A stretch of DNA of 64,000 bases from Flavobacteriales bacterium (GTDB lineage: Bacteria; Bacteroidota; Bacteroidia; Flavobacteriales_D; Sanyastnellaceae): NCBI GenBank assembly GCA_042095135.1, contig JBELBV010000006.1, positions 6,699-70,698 of the forward strand, given 5' to 3'. The translations under genes and the position numbers were made by a program. Shown here piece by piece: positions 49,836 through 59,474 of this stretch (its first letter is position 1; each line of letters begins with the position of its first letter). Below the pieces are notes generated by a model. That model had not been told where the DNA came from, ran no database searches, and saw only the letters and a list, made by a program, of their open reading frames with translations.

Positions 49836-50782
49836 ACGGCGGGTTCGTTTTGCTGTTCAACGGCGCGAATGAAGATGTCACGCATCCCCGGTCGCCAAGG
49901 CGTGCAGGACGTGAGTTCTATCTTTTCCGAAATCCACCGCACCCACGTTGCAATGTCGGACTCCGCGGGCAAGCGCAGCATGGCCACGTGCTCCCCCAGA
50001 ACTTCCGGATTGGGGTTGACTTCAATCAGCTCGGCGCTGGCGCCCAAGGCCACGGTAAAACCCATGACGGTATCTCGGAACGAAACGGCGTACCGGCCGT
50101 CACGAGCGGCTTCGCGAAGTTCGGGCACCTTGCCGTTGAGGACGAGTTGTCCCCGGTTGAGCAAAGCGACTTCATCGCACATTTCCTCCACGCTGCCCAT
50201 GTCATGCGTGGACAGCAAGATGGTCGTGTTGCCTTTGGCTTTGAGCTCCAGGATGACTTCGCGGATGCGCTGGGCATTGATGGGGTCAAATCCGCTCAGC
50301 GGTTCGTCCAAAATCAATAGGCGCGGCTCGTGCAGCACCGAAAGGATGAATTGAATTTTTTGGGCCATGCCCTTGCTGACTTCGCTGACCTCCTTGTGCC
50401 ACCATCCGTCCACCTCAAGGCGATCGAACCAATAGCGAAGGCGTTTGCGGGCTTCTTTCTTGTCCACTCCACGCAATTGAGCGAAATACAAAGCCTGCTC
50501 CCCGACCCGCATGGATTTGTACAAGCCGCGTTCTTCGGGCAAGTAACCAATGCTAGGCAGGTGATTGCGCGTTAGGGATTCGCCGAAAAAAGAAATGAAA
50601 CCGGCGTCCGGCGCCGTGATGCCATTGAGCATGCGCAGCAACGTGGTTTTGCCTGCGCCATTGGGACCTAACAAGCCGAAAATGCCGGACTGCGGGACGG
50701 AAAAACCTACACCGTCCAATGCACGCTGCTTGCCAAATCGTTTTTCAATTCCTGAAATGTCAAGGGCTGGGGCAGTGGGCAT
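49832..50782 (-). CDS. ABC transporter ATP-binding protein
   Basis: Walker A GPNGAGKTT, signature VSKGMAQK, Walker B LLILDEP. 316 aa. Confidence 0.92.
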   Translation of the reverse strand: MPTAPALDISGIEKRFGKQRALDGVGFSVPQSGIFGLLGPNGAGKTTLLRMLNGITAPDAGFISFFGESLTRNHLPSIGYLPEERGLYKSMRVGEQALYFAQLRGVDKKEARKRLRYWFDRLEVDGWWHKEVSEVSKGMAQKIQFILSVLHEPRLLILDEPLSGFDPINAQRIREVILELKAKGNTTILLSTHDMGSVEEMCDEVALLNRGQLVLNGKVPELREAARDGRYAVSFRDTVMGFTVALGASAELIEVNPNPEVLGEHVAMLRLPAESDIATWVRWISEKIELTSCTPWRPGMRDIFIRAVEQQNEPAV

Positions 50783-50798
50783 GCGTGCAAATTAACCA

Positions 50799-51914
50799 TC
50801 AAGTGAACATATCCCGAACCTTGTCAAAGAAGCCCTTTTCCTGGTGGTTCGCATCGGGCTGGAAATTCTTTGACTCGCGGAGTTGTTCGAGCAAGTCGCG
50901 CTCCTCACTGGAGAGCTTTTTGGGTGTCCAAACGTTGATGTTTACCAGCAAATCGCCTTGGCCGTAGCTGTCTACAGCGGGCAATCCCTTGCCACGCAGC
51001 CTTACAATACGGCCGCTTTGGGTGCCCGGTTCGATGGTGATTTTTGCCTTGCTCCCCACCAATGGCACATCCGCCTGCGCACCGAGTGCGGCGTCCGTGA
51101 ACGGGATGTACAAGTCGTAGTGGAGGTTCTTGCCGTTGCGTTGTAGCGTTTCGTGCGGGATGGCCTCGATGACCACGAGCAAATCGCCCGGCACTCCGCC
51201 CATTGGAGCGCCGTTGCCTTCTCCGCGAACGCTCAACTGCATGCCGTCCTCAACGCCGGCCGGGATCTCAATGGTGACCACGGCCTCTTTTCGGACCATG
51301 CCCCATTCATCGGAGCCAGAGGGGCGCTTCTTGACCGATTGTCCGCTGCCTTGGCATTGGGGACAGGTGCTGGCCGTTTGCATTTGGCCAAGGATGGTGT
51401 TCTGGACGCGGCGGATTTGGCCCGTGCCTCCACACGTTTGGCAATCTCCGTATTCCGCACCTTCGGCTTGGACCTGTTTGAAGACCTTGACTTTCTTTTC
51501 GACGCCGCTGGCGATTTCTTCCAGGGTCAACTTGACCTTGATGCGCAAGTTGGATCCTTTCATGCGACGACGACGACCGCCGCCGCCGCCCGCACCGCCG
51601 CCAAAGGCGCCACCAAAGATGTCGCCGAATTGGCTGAAGATGTCCTCCATGTTCATCCCGCCGAACCCGGCACCGCCGCCCGGCCCTCCGCGCAAGCCGT
51701 CGTGGCCGAAACGGTCATACTGGGCGCGCTTCTGGTCGTCTTGGAGCACTTCATAAGCCTCAGCCGCCTCTTTAAACTTCTCTTCCGCCGCTGCGTCGCC
51801 CGGATTTTTGTCCGGGTGGTATTTGAGGGCCAGTTTGCGGTAGGCCTTCTTGATATCTGAACCAGAGGCCTTACGGTCGACCCCTAACGTTTCATAGTAA
51901 TCCCGCTTCGCCAT
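50799..51914 (-). CDS. dnaJ: Molecular chaperone DnaJ
   Basis: J domain [12 protein letters not shown]...KYHPDKN, G/F-rich linker and four CxxCxGxG zinc-finger repeats. Confidence 0.97.
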   Translation of the reverse strand: MAKRDYYETLGVDRKASGSDIKKAYRKLALKYHPDKNPGDAAAEEKFKEAAEAYEVLQDDQKRAQYDRFGHDGLRGGPGGGAGFGGMNMEDIFSQFGDIFGGAFGGGAGGGGGRRRRMKGSNLRIKVKLTLEEIASGVEKKVKVFKQVQAEGAEYGDCQTCGGTGQIRRVQNTILGQMQTASTCPQCQGSGQSVKKRPSGSDEWGMVRKEAVVTIEIPAGVEDGMQLSVRGEGNGAPMGGVPGDLLVVIEAIPHETLQRNGKNLHYDLYIPFTDAALGAQADVPLVGSKAKITIEPGTQSGRIVRLRGKGLPAVDSYGQGDLLVNINVWTPKKLSSEERDLLEQLRESKNFQPDANHQEKGFFDKVRDMFT

Positions 51915-51922
51915 GGGTCTCC

Positions 51923-52480
51923 TTATTCACCGACCACCACCTTCGCGTAGCGAATCACGGCATCGTTCAGTTTGTAACCGGCTTCCACCACATCCACCAC
52001 TTTGCCGCTGAGTTCGGGCGAGGGAATGCGGGTAATCGCTTCATGGATATCCACGTCAAAGGCGTCACCCGGTTGGACCTCTAATTGCTCGACGCCTTGG
52101 GCCTTGAGGATTTGCTTGAGCTTGTTGTGGATGAGCTGCTGGCCTTCTTTCAATCCGTTGACGTCTTCCGAATCAGCAGCGGCTGTTTGCGCGCGTTCGA
52201 AATCGTCCAACACCGGTAGCAAGCTTTCCAACACGTCTTTCGAGGCGTTGCGGATCAGGTCGCCGCGTTCGCGCATCGTACGCTTTCGGAAATTGTCAAA
52301 CTCGGCATACAACCGCAGGTAGCGGTCCTGCCAATCCGTCTGTTCTTCCTGCCCGTCCGAGGTGCTTTCCCCTTCAGCCTGCTCCTCAGTAACCGCGTCA
52401 ACCTGGGATTGCTCCTCGGCTGCTTGTGCTTGGGTTTCCGCTTGGTTCGCGGTGGTCTCTTCCACGTTCGACGTATTCAT
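51923..52480 (-). CDS. grpE: Nucleotide exchange factor GrpE
   Basis: The ATG at 52480 gives an acidic N-terminus followed by ...[18 protein letters not shown]... and a C-terminal beta-domain. It lies upstream of dnaJ. Confidence 0.92.
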   Translation of the reverse strand: MNTSNVEETTANQAETQAQAAEEQSQVDAVTEEQAEGESTSDGQEEQTDWQDRYLRLYAEFDNFRKRTMRERGDLIRNASKDVLESLLPVLDDFERAQTAAADSEDVNGLKEGQQLIHNKLKQILKAQGVEQLEVQPGDAFDVDIHEAITRIPSPELSGKVVDVVEAGYKLNDAVIRYAKVVVGE

Positions 52481-52567
52481 GTCTGGGGTACTTTCCTTGA
52501 TTTGCTTCACCCTGTCCAAATCCAATGCCACACTGCAGCAACCGGACAACCTGTCAGGTCAACCGGA

Positions 52568-53125
52568 TCAGAAGGATTTGACGTGCTTGTCGATTTGTCG
52601 GTGCAATTCGAATCCGCGCAGGTTCTTGCCCACAATCACCCCATTCTCATCTATGAGGAAACTCATAGGGATGGAATTGACACCATACATGGCGGCCGCT
52701 TCGCTTTGCCAGCGTTTGAGGTCGGAGACGTGCCATTTCCAATCGAGTTGGTCTTGAGCGATAGCCGACTCCCAGCGGGCCACGTCGCTGTCCAAGGACA
52801 CGCTGAACACTTCGAAGCCGTCGGCTGATTTGAATTTGGCCTTTTTGTACTTGTTGTACGCGTTGACCACGTTTGGGTTTTCCCGGCGGCACGGGCCGCA
52901 CCACGAGGCCCAGAAATCTACGAGCACCAAGCTGCCGCGCAGGTCGCTCAACTTCATGGTCTTGCCTTTGGGGTTGGAAAGGGCGATCTCCGGAGCGGTG
53001 TCGCCGATGGCCGTTCCGACCTTGTTCGTTGGAATTACAGCAGCGGAATCGGGCGCCTCAACGGGCGATGCAAAAAAGATCGCAGCAGCGAGCGCCAAGG
53101 ACCCGAGGGTGGTTTTCAAAATCAT
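52568..53125 (-). CDS. TlpA/ResA-like thiol-disulfide oxidoreductase (thioredoxin fold), secreted
   Basis: Signal peptide. FWASWCGPCRRENP is the CxxC active site. 185 aa. Confidence 0.88.
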   Translation of the reverse strand: MILKTTLGSLALAAAIFFASPVEAPDSAAVIPTNKVGTAIGDTAPEIALSNPKGKTMKLSDLRGSLVLVDFWASWCGPCRRENPNVVNAYNKYKKAKFKSADGFEVFSVSLDSDVARWESAIAQDQLDWKWHVSDLKRWQSEAAAMYGVNSIPMSFLIDENGVIVGKNLRGFELHRQIDKHVKSF

Positions 53126-53142
53126 GAAGGCAATTTACGCAA

Positions 53143-54453
53143 TCAATCGACCCGTTCAATGCGGGCACCCAGCGCTTTTAACCTTCCTTCGATGTCTTGG
53201 TAACCGCGGTCGATCTGGCCGATGTTGTGGATCACCGATTGGCCCTCGGCCGAGAGCGCTGCAATGAGGAGTGAAACCCCGGCACGGATGTCGGGCGACG
53301 TCATGGTCACGCCGCGAAGCGGACTCTTGCGGTCCATGCCAATGACGGTGGCGCGGTGCGGGTCGCACAGAATTATTTGTGCCCCCATGTCGATGAGCTT
53401 ATCCGTGAAGAATAGACGGCTCTCAAACATTTTTTGGTGGATCAGCACGCTGCCTTTGGCTTGCGTGGCGGTCACCAACACGATGGACAACAAATCCGGC
53501 GTGAAACCCGGCCACGGTGCGTCCGACACGGTGAGGATGGAGCCGTCGATGAAGGTTTCGATTTCGTAGGAATCTTGCGCAGGCACAAAAATGTCGTCGC
53601 CACGGCGCTCGAGTTGAATGCCGAGTTTTTGGAACACCTTGGGGATGACGCCGAGCTCGTCATATGCCACATCCTTGATGGTGATGTCACTCTGCGTCAT
53701 GGCCGCCAAGCCGATGAAACTGCCGATCTCAATCATGTCGGGCAGGCATCGGTGGTCCGTTCCGCCGAGTGAGTCGACGCCTTCGATGGTTAGCAGGTTG
53801 GAGCCGATGCCACTGATCTTGCCGCCCATCCTGTTGATCATTTTGCAGAGCTGCTGCAGATAGGGCTCGCACGCTGCGTTATAAATGCTCGTAGTCCCTT
53901 GAGCCATGCACGCCGCCATGACAATGTTGGCGGTGCCGGTGACCGACGCTTCATCGAGCAGCATGTTGGCACCCTTGAGTCCATTGGGTGCACTGGCTTG
54001 GAAAAAACCGGTTTTACCGTCGTAGGTAAAGGTCGCACCGAGCGTTTCAAACCCGATAAAGTGGGTGTCCATGCGGCGGCGCCCGATCTTGTCGCCACCT
54101 GGCTTTGGGAGTGCGCCCACACCAAAACGCGCCAGCAATGGCCCCAAAATCATGGTCGAGCCTCGCAGGGATCCGCCCTTCTGCCTGAATTCTTCGGTGC
54201 TGAAGTAGTCCAGGTTGACGTCGTCCGCTTGGAAGCGGTAAGCTCCTGGTCCTTTGCGTTGGATTTTGACGCCCATGCTCGCCAGCAAGTCAATCAACTT
54301 GTTGACATCGACAATATCGGGGAGGTTCGAAATGGTAACCGGTTCCGCCGTCAAGAGCACCGCACACAATATCTGCAGCGCCTCATTCTTGGCTCCTTGC
54401 GGGATGACTTCACCGGACAGCCGCTTCCCTCCTTCTATGATAAAACTGGACAT
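53143..54453 (-). CDS. murA: UDP-N-acetylglucosamine 1-carboxyvinyltransferase
   Basis: The ATG at 54453 gives MSSFIIEGGKRLSGEVIPQGAKNEALQILCA..., full-length MurA. Confidence 0.96.
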   Translation of the reverse strand: MSSFIIEGGKRLSGEVIPQGAKNEALQILCAVLLTAEPVTISNLPDIVDVNKLIDLLASMGVKIQRKGPGAYRFQADDVNLDYFSTEEFRQKGGSLRGSTMILGPLLARFGVGALPKPGGDKIGRRRMDTHFIGFETLGATFTYDGKTGFFQASAPNGLKGANMLLDEASVTGTANIVMAACMAQGTTSIYNAACEPYLQQLCKMINRMGGKISGIGSNLLTIEGVDSLGGTDHRCLPDMIEIGSFIGLAAMTQSDITIKDVAYDELGVIPKVFQKLGIQLERRGDDIFVPAQDSYEIETFIDGSILTVSDAPWPGFTPDLLSIVLVTATQAKGSVLIHQKMFESRLFFTDKLIDMGAQIILCDPHRATVIGMDRKSPLRGVTMTSPDIRAGVSLLIAALSAEGQSVIHNIGQIDRGYQDIEGRLKALGARIERVD

Positions 54454-54602
54454 GGTCGTTTCGATTGACAGTTCGCAGCACACAAAACGAATGGATCATT
54501 GCCTCGCCCGTTGCCGCCTTTCGAAATAACGGCGCAAGGTCGCCCTGCCGTCTGTTCGACGGAAAACTTTTCAACCCCAAAAATTGGAATGCCCCGGGGC
54601 GT

Positions 54603-55214
54603 CTAGCGCTTGCGCTTTTTGCCGCGGTGGCGATCGAGTGCGTCGCTCGTCTTGCGCTTGCTCTTTAAGATCTCAGCCGAGCTCACGAGCTCAGCATCTT
54701 CAGGCAAGGTCAGCGCGCCTTCACTCATCTCTTTGATTTGCTCGCGGATGAGGGAATTCTCAACTGTGCTCTTATTCCACGTCAAGAAGTGACGCTTCAT
54801 CAAGTTGCCGACGGTAATGACCAGAGCAGCTTTCTCCTCTCCTTCTTCGTAGGTCTTGGCCTTTTCAATGAGGTCGCGTGTCAATTGGCCATAGTGCCCC
54901 AAGCGCGACATCGCACCGGGATAATTCAATCGGCCGGGTGCCTCTGAGCGGCTCTCGGGCGTTGGGCGTTCCACCGGGCAGTCGACGTCCAAGTCGAATC
55001 CTGCCATGAGGAACAACTGGCCCCACAATTTTTTCTGCACCTCATCCGCGTCCCCTTCTTGAGCGACGACGGAACCCATGACGCTGACGATGGCCGCTGC
55101 GCATTTATTGCGCTCCTCTTTGTCGGCGATGGATTTCAGATGATCGACCATCTCCTGGATGGTGCGACCGTATTCCGGGATGACCAAATCCCGGCGGGTG
55201 CTGTTGTAGGTCAT
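54603..55214 (-). CDS. DUF4290 domain-containing protein
   Basis: MTYNSTRRDLVIPEYGRTIQEMVDHL.... Its position immediately upstream of murA is the typical Bacteroidota arrangement. An alternative ATG lies at 55226. Confidence 0.75.
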   Translation of the reverse strand: MTYNSTRRDLVIPEYGRTIQEMVDHLKSIADKEERNKCAAAIVSVMGSVVAQEGDADEVQKKLWGQLFLMAGFDLDVDCPVERPTPESRSEAPGRLNYPGAMSRLGHYGQLTRDLIEKAKTYEEGEEKAALVITVGNLMKRHFLTWNKSTVENSLIREQIKEMSEGALTLPEDAELVSSAEILKSKRKTSDALDRHRGKKRKR

Positions 55215-55253
55215 TTCAACTAACATGCGGTAAAGGTATGGAAACCCCTACAG

Positions 55254-55871
55254 TTAGCAGACAAGCAGGCTTTCCGATTGCACAAACGACCGGGCTTCGG
55301 TTTGTATGCGCATCCAAAATAGCGCGAATGGCGCTTCGAGGCCGTCGAATCCAGCCGCATCCGCCGCTTCGAACAACCGGTGCAACGGGCTGGTGGTCTG
55401 GAGGCGTTGCTCGAGCCGCGCATCCATCGAGCGGCACACATCAAGCATACCCTCTCGTGACCCGTACTGCACGAGCCAATCGTGTGCTACCATGGCGCGG
55501 AGGAACCGTTGGCTGCGGGCAGGCATTTCAACCGTGCGGTTGAGCAAGTCGTTCTGCGCAGCGTCCGCGAACTCCCGGAGGGATGTCTCTGGGTGGAGTC
55601 GGGCGAAATTCTTCGCCAAAAAGTGGTCGTACAGCAAGTCCACGCCGACGCCGGAAAACCGACCAAGCACCGGCCGAATCGCTGCCCGGGCCGCCCGAGC
55701 CTCGGGAGCTGTATCGGCATAAGAATCAATCCAACGGTGCAGCACAACGCCGTTGGCGATGGGCGCTGCATAGGCCTTGAACGGGTCGCCTTTGACGGCG
55801 TCGCCGATGAAGTTGCCCAGGCGCAAATCCGAATCCCCTCCACTCAATACCAAGTGCGCCAAGTAGTTCAT
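55254..55871 (-). CDS. acpH: Acyl carrier protein phosphodiesterase
   Basis: The ATG at 55871 gives MNYLAHLVLSGGDSDLRLGNFIGDAVKG..., the AcpH N-terminal signature. Confidence 0.8.
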   Translation of the reverse strand: MNYLAHLVLSGGDSDLRLGNFIGDAVKGDPFKAYAAPIANGVVLHRWIDSYADTAPEARAARAAIRPVLGRFSGVGVDLLYDHFLAKNFARLHPETSLREFADAAQNDLLNRTVEMPARSQRFLRAMVAHDWLVQYGSREGMLDVCRSMDARLEQRLQTTSPLHRLFEAADAAGFDGLEAPFALFWMRIQTEARSFVQSESLLVC

Positions 55872-55987
55872 GCGGCAAACATCGAAAATTCGCGGCGAAC
55901 CCAAAGATTTTTAGGGAATGCTTTGGGGCAAAGGAATGTCTTGCGTAATTTTGCCGTCCGCTTTGTTTCAAAGGAAACAGCGCACAA

Positions 55988-56060
55988 GCGAGAATAGCTC
56001 AGTTGGTAGAGCACAACCTTGCCAAGGTTGGGGTCGCGAGTTCGAGTCTCGTTTCTCGCT
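55988..56060 (+). tRNA. tRNA-Gly (anticodon GCC), no encoded CCA
   Basis: GCGAGAA-TAGCTCAGTTGGTAGAGC-A-CAACC-TTGCCAA-GGTTG-GGGTC-GCGAG-TTCGAGT-CTCGT-TTCTCGC-T. Folds by hand as a 73-nt cloverleaf. Confidence 0.92.
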
Positions 56061-56066
56061 CAACGA

Positions 56067-56093
56067 AAAGCCTTCCACTACGGGAGGCTTTTT
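56067..56093 (+). terminator. Rho-independent terminator after tRNA-Gly
   Basis: GCCTTCC actac GGGAGGC followed by TTTTT. Confidence 0.65.
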
Positions 56094-56115
56094 CATTCAT
56101 AGTAATCGATTCACC

Positions 56116-56547
56116 ATGCACGCAAAAATCACCACCGACCGCGGTACAATGACCGTGGAATTCTTTGAAAACGATGCACCCAATACGGTCGCGAACTTCG
56201 TCAAGCTCGCCAAAGAAGGGTTCTACGACGGCTTGAAATTTCACCGGGTCATTCCAGGATTCGTTGCCCAAGGTGGTTGCCCGCAAGGCATCGGCAGCGG
56301 CGGCCCGGGGTACAGCATCGATTGCGAATTGGACGGCGACAATCAATTCCACGACCTCGGCGTCCTTTCGATGGCGCACGCCGGGCGCAACACCGGTGGT
56401 TCGCAGTTCTTCATTGTGCACAGCCGCGAAGCGACGGCGCACCTCGACCGCAACCACACGTGCTTTGGCAAGGTCACTGAAGGACTCGACATCGTGACGC
56501 AAATCGCCGAAGGCGACACGTTTTCGGTCGAGGTCATAGAGGACTGA
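56116..56547 (+). CDS. Peptidyl-prolyl cis-trans isomerase, cyclophilin type
   Basis: The ATG at 56116 gives MHAKITTDRGTMTVEFFENDAPNTVANFVKLAKEGFYDGLKFHRVIPGFVAQGGCP...GGSQFFIV.... The upstream part of the tracked ORF reads through the tRNA. Confidence 0.93.
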   Translation: MHAKITTDRGTMTVEFFENDAPNTVANFVKLAKEGFYDGLKFHRVIPGFVAQGGCPQGIGSGGPGYSIDCELDGDNQFHDLGVLSMAHAGRNTGGSQFFIVHSREATAHLDRNHTCFGKVTEGLDIVTQIAEGDTFSVEVIED

Positions 56548-56567
56548 TTCGCGCTCAACGACTTGAG

Positions 56568-56594
56568 AAAAGCGGCTTCGGGCCGCTTTTTTTT
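56568..56594 (+). terminator. Rho-independent terminator after the PPIase gene
   Basis: AGCGGC ttcgg GCCGCT followed by 8 T. Confidence 0.8.
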
Positions 56595-56627
56595 GTGACC
56601 TACGGGGGAGGCAGTACTTTGAGCCTT

Positions 56628-57320
56628 ATGTACAATCCCACTCGGTTTGAATTCACCAATGGTTGGCTCCTGCTTACCCTACTCTTCGTGCTGATTGCAT
56701 CCGGTTGTTCGATCGAAAAGCGCACCCTACTGTCCGGATTCCATTTGGAACACCGAGGGAAACCGGTGCAAGTGCATCCTACCTTATTGAACGCAGTCGA
56801 TGGTATTGATTTTGCACAACACAGACGACCGGGCATGATGCACCACGTTGAACAGGCTTCAACTTCGTTGGGGCCGCTGCCGTTCAAATTGAATCCCTTG
56901 GCACCAACACGACTCGGCGCCAGTCAAGAAATTCCAAGCGCCCTAGTCGCGTTTGAACCCGTTCTGAATACAAAGCGGCTTCAGTTGAGCCTGGAACCGG
57001 AAGAGGATTTGACTGCGATGAAACAATCTGCACAGACGAAAGCATGGACCCGGTTCGCTCTTGCCATCACGTCTGTGGTATTGGGCATGTTATGGGGAGG
57101 TGGCCCTTTTGTTGCACTTTTCGCCGGGATTTTCCTCATCTCCGCTTTCAAGTGGCGGACCATTGCGCGCAGAGAGGATTTGCTCCGGATTCAGAGCCAG
57201 AAGGAGATCAAAAAAAGCGAGCGAACCCCAAGGCAGAAATTCTTCGGAGTGTTTACGTGGCTCTTTGCCATTCCCATATCGATTGTTCTCTTCATCCTGT
57301 TTTTGTTCAGGGACTTTTAA
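56628..57320 (+). CDS. Hypothetical membrane lipoprotein
   Basis: The ATG at 56628 gives MYNPTRFEFTNGWLLLTLLFVLIASGCS (lipobox). There are 2-3 further TM segments near the C-terminus. No recognisable domain. Confidence 0.55.
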   Translation: MYNPTRFEFTNGWLLLTLLFVLIASGCSIEKRTLLSGFHLEHRGKPVQVHPTLLNAVDGIDFAQHRRPGMMHHVEQASTSLGPLPFKLNPLAPTRLGASQEIPSALVAFEPVLNTKRLQLSLEPEEDLTAMKQSAQTKAWTRFALAITSVVLGMLWGGGPFVALFAGIFLISAFKWRTIARREDLLRIQSQKEIKKSERTPRQKFFGVFTWLFAIPISIVLFILFLFRDF

Positions 57321-57463
57321 GGTGAGCATTTCTTGAGCAAGTAAAGCACATCCGGGCTGCTTCAAAAGCGTTTTACCTTTACCTGCATTCCAACGCTAAC
57401 ACTGGCAGTCGACAAGAACAATCGAACCAGGCTGAGCCTTCTTTATTGAACTACACTTTGGCT

Positions 57464-58957
57464 ATGAGAATTCCAACTTCACTCTTCCTGACTATGCTTC
57501 CATTCTGCATTGCGGCACAGATCGTACCAAGCGAGTCCACTTACAATGAAGGTATCGTATGGGAATCTGTTTTCACCGACGGGCCGGAAGGAAAAGTCAA
57601 CCGAGGTCTTGTCGATTCAGAGGGGCACGCGGTCTGCGTATCTATGCCCGAAAATCAGGCCCGGGTCCATAAAATTGATGGTAGCGATGGTGCACTCATC
57701 TGGTCTGTCGCATTCACCGATCGTATTGGATTTGGCATCTGTGAAATTCAGGGAAATGATGGCGAGCCGGATTACATCGTAACGGGTGGAGCAGGCGAAA
57801 CCCAGGAATGCTGGTTGGCCCGCATCGAGGGATCAGATGGTGGTTTAATGTGGGAAAGCATCATTGACCATGCAGGCCAAAATTGGCAATTCGATGGGAT
57901 ACGAACAGCCATGGTGGGCGATGATGGGTACATCTATGCATCTGGCTTCACCGGTGGCGATGAGCCGAACACCGTTTTTGTCGTTTTCGCTGGGACAGAA
58001 ACCGTTGTAAAAGCCAATCCTGTGAATGGAGAAATCGAATGGACATCGTTTCTCCCTGTCTCCGAATATGGCTTAGCTACCGTGCAAGATGCAGATGGAA
58101 ATTTGTACACCGCTGGGGTGATGTACGATGAAGGCTGGTGCATTACCAAACGCTCCGTGGACGGTGAGGTGCTGTGGACCACGTTCATAGAGGCCACAAC
58201 AGAAATCTATCCCTACGATTTGGCCATAAGCGAAGACGACCGATTGTACTACGGAGGGCATCGTGGCCGCGAGGGCGAAGGCGACCCTTTCGACTATTCT
58301 TGCGCTGCACTAGACACCAATGGAGAATTGATCTGGCTCAACCATTACGCAAACCCGAGGGGGTACAGTCTTTCACACATCCGAAATGAATTGTACGGAA
58401 TTGAAGCTGGGACAGATGGTATCTACATGTTTGGCGGATCAGGGGATGAAAGCGGCTACAGTGAAACGAATCAACCTTTTCCATCGTCGGATGTTTGGGT
58501 GGGTTGGGTGCTGCATGCAAATTGGGAAGGTGACATTTCGGATAGCTATGTTTTTTGCCACGATGGTGTCAATTCAGCGACGGAATACGGAGCCCTCATT
58601 GATGGCGGATTTTTCATTTTCAATGACACCGATGCAGGAGGAGATACAGAACTGGGGGTAATGAAAATTCTGAATGGAAGCAATCCTTCAGGTCAAACAG
58701 CAACCTCAGACGCGGGGGGGTATGATTTTGAAATTTTCCCAAACCCGAACAACGGGCATTTTCGAGTTTCCGGGCTCGATCCCAATGAACAAACTGAAGT
58801 GTTCGTCTTCGATGCCCAAGGAAAACTAGTTTACGCCAAAACTATCGTGGCCCCGAGCATTCTAATTGATGTATCAGTATTGTGCGCTGGCCCCTATTTC
58901 GTTCGCATCGCGCCTGAAGGACAAAGCTCTTCACGCCATACGATGATCATCGAATAG
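57464..58957 (+). CDS. Secreted beta-propeller (PQQ/BamB-like repeat) protein with T9SS C-terminal sorting domain
   Basis: The ATG at 57464 gives signal MRIPTSLFLTMLPFCIAAQ. The DG..hW blade motif recurs: DGSDGALIWS, EGSDGGLMWE, NPVNGEIEWT, SVDGEVLWT, DTNGELIWL. The C-terminus FEIFPNPNNGHFRVSGL...GPYFVRI is a T9SS CTD. Confidence 0.75.
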   Translation: MRIPTSLFLTMLPFCIAAQIVPSESTYNEGIVWESVFTDGPEGKVNRGLVDSEGHAVCVSMPENQARVHKIDGSDGALIWSVAFTDRIGFGICEIQGNDGEPDYIVTGGAGETQECWLARIEGSDGGLMWESIIDHAGQNWQFDGIRTAMVGDDGYIYASGFTGGDEPNTVFVVFAGTETVVKANPVNGEIEWTSFLPVSEYGLATVQDADGNLYTAGVMYDEGWCITKRSVDGEVLWTTFIEATTEIYPYDLAISEDDRLYYGGHRGREGEGDPFDYSCAALDTNGELIWLNHYANPRGYSLSHIRNELYGIEAGTDGIYMFGGSGDESGYSETNQPFPSSDVWVGWVLHANWEGDISDSYVFCHDGVNSATEYGALIDGGFFIFNDTDAGGDTELGVMKILNGSNPSGQTATSDAGGYDFEIFPNPNNGHFRVSGLDPNEQTEVFVFDAQGKLVYAKTIVAPSILIDVSVLCAGPYFVRIAPEGQSSSRHTMIIE

Positions 58958-58987
58958 TCAACGGCACGAGGAACCAACTAACCTGGT

Positions 58988-59422
58988 TTAATCCAAGCGA
59001 TTCCAAACGCAATCCCTGAACACGCCATTGCACCGGTCTTTCACGGCGTTGCGCCGGATTCGGTAATCGGTTCGTATTGTTTCGCCAACGAGCAAGGCGA
59101 ATTCACTGGATGCACTGTCCGGATATAGGATAACGGCAATGACCGTATCGACTTGAAGAAAATCATACGTGCCGGAGTGCAGTTCGCCGTCGGCAAATTC
59201 AAACCGATAGGCACCGGGTATACCGTCAGAAATGTCGTCATCGTCAAATACCATTCGCTCTGGACCGGTAGCCTGGCATGATGAACAGCCGCGATCAGCA
59301 TCGATGAGGTAGGTTCCGAGGATTTGCTCCTGAACGGGCTCGCATCCGGAGATGAGCATGAGTGCAAATCCCACACACAATGAACGTTGTAGGATGGTTC
59401 GGAACGAGCGCGTCATTTTCAC
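58988..59422 (-). CDS. Hypothetical lipoprotein
   Basis: 144 aa with lipobox (LMLISGCEP). No recognisable domain. Confidence 0.55.
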   Translation of the reverse strand: MKMTRSFRTILQRSLCVGFALMLISGCEPVQEQILGTYLIDADRGCSSCQATGPERMVFDDDDISDGIPGAYRFEFADGELHSGTYDFLQVDTVIAVILYPDSASSEFALLVGETIRTDYRIRRNAVKDRCNGVFRDCVWNRLD

Positions 59423-59437
59423 ATCTTCAATGTAACC

Positions 59438-59472
59438 AAAAAAACGGGAGACCGCATCGCTGCAATCTCCCG
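59438..59472 (-). terminator. Hairpin plus T-run downstream of tRNA-Leu
   Basis: The minus strand reads CGGGAGA-(14 nt)-TCTCCCG followed by TTTTTTT. Confidence 0.55.
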
Positions 59473-59474
59473 TT

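Noticed and set aside
51540-51720. A GC-rich run with CCGCCGCCGCC-type periodicity.
   Set aside because: It encodes the Gly-rich G/F linker of DnaJ ([12 protein letters not shown]..., [11 protein letters not shown]). It is a normal feature of the protein, not a repeat element.
54454-54602. A 149-nt spacer between the DUF4290 gene and murA, checked as a possible ncRNA or riboswitch.
   Set aside because: Only a short 5-bp hairpin (CCGTC tgttc GACGG) was seen. I could recognise no conserved riboswitch core or promoter box. There is too little evidence to call anything.
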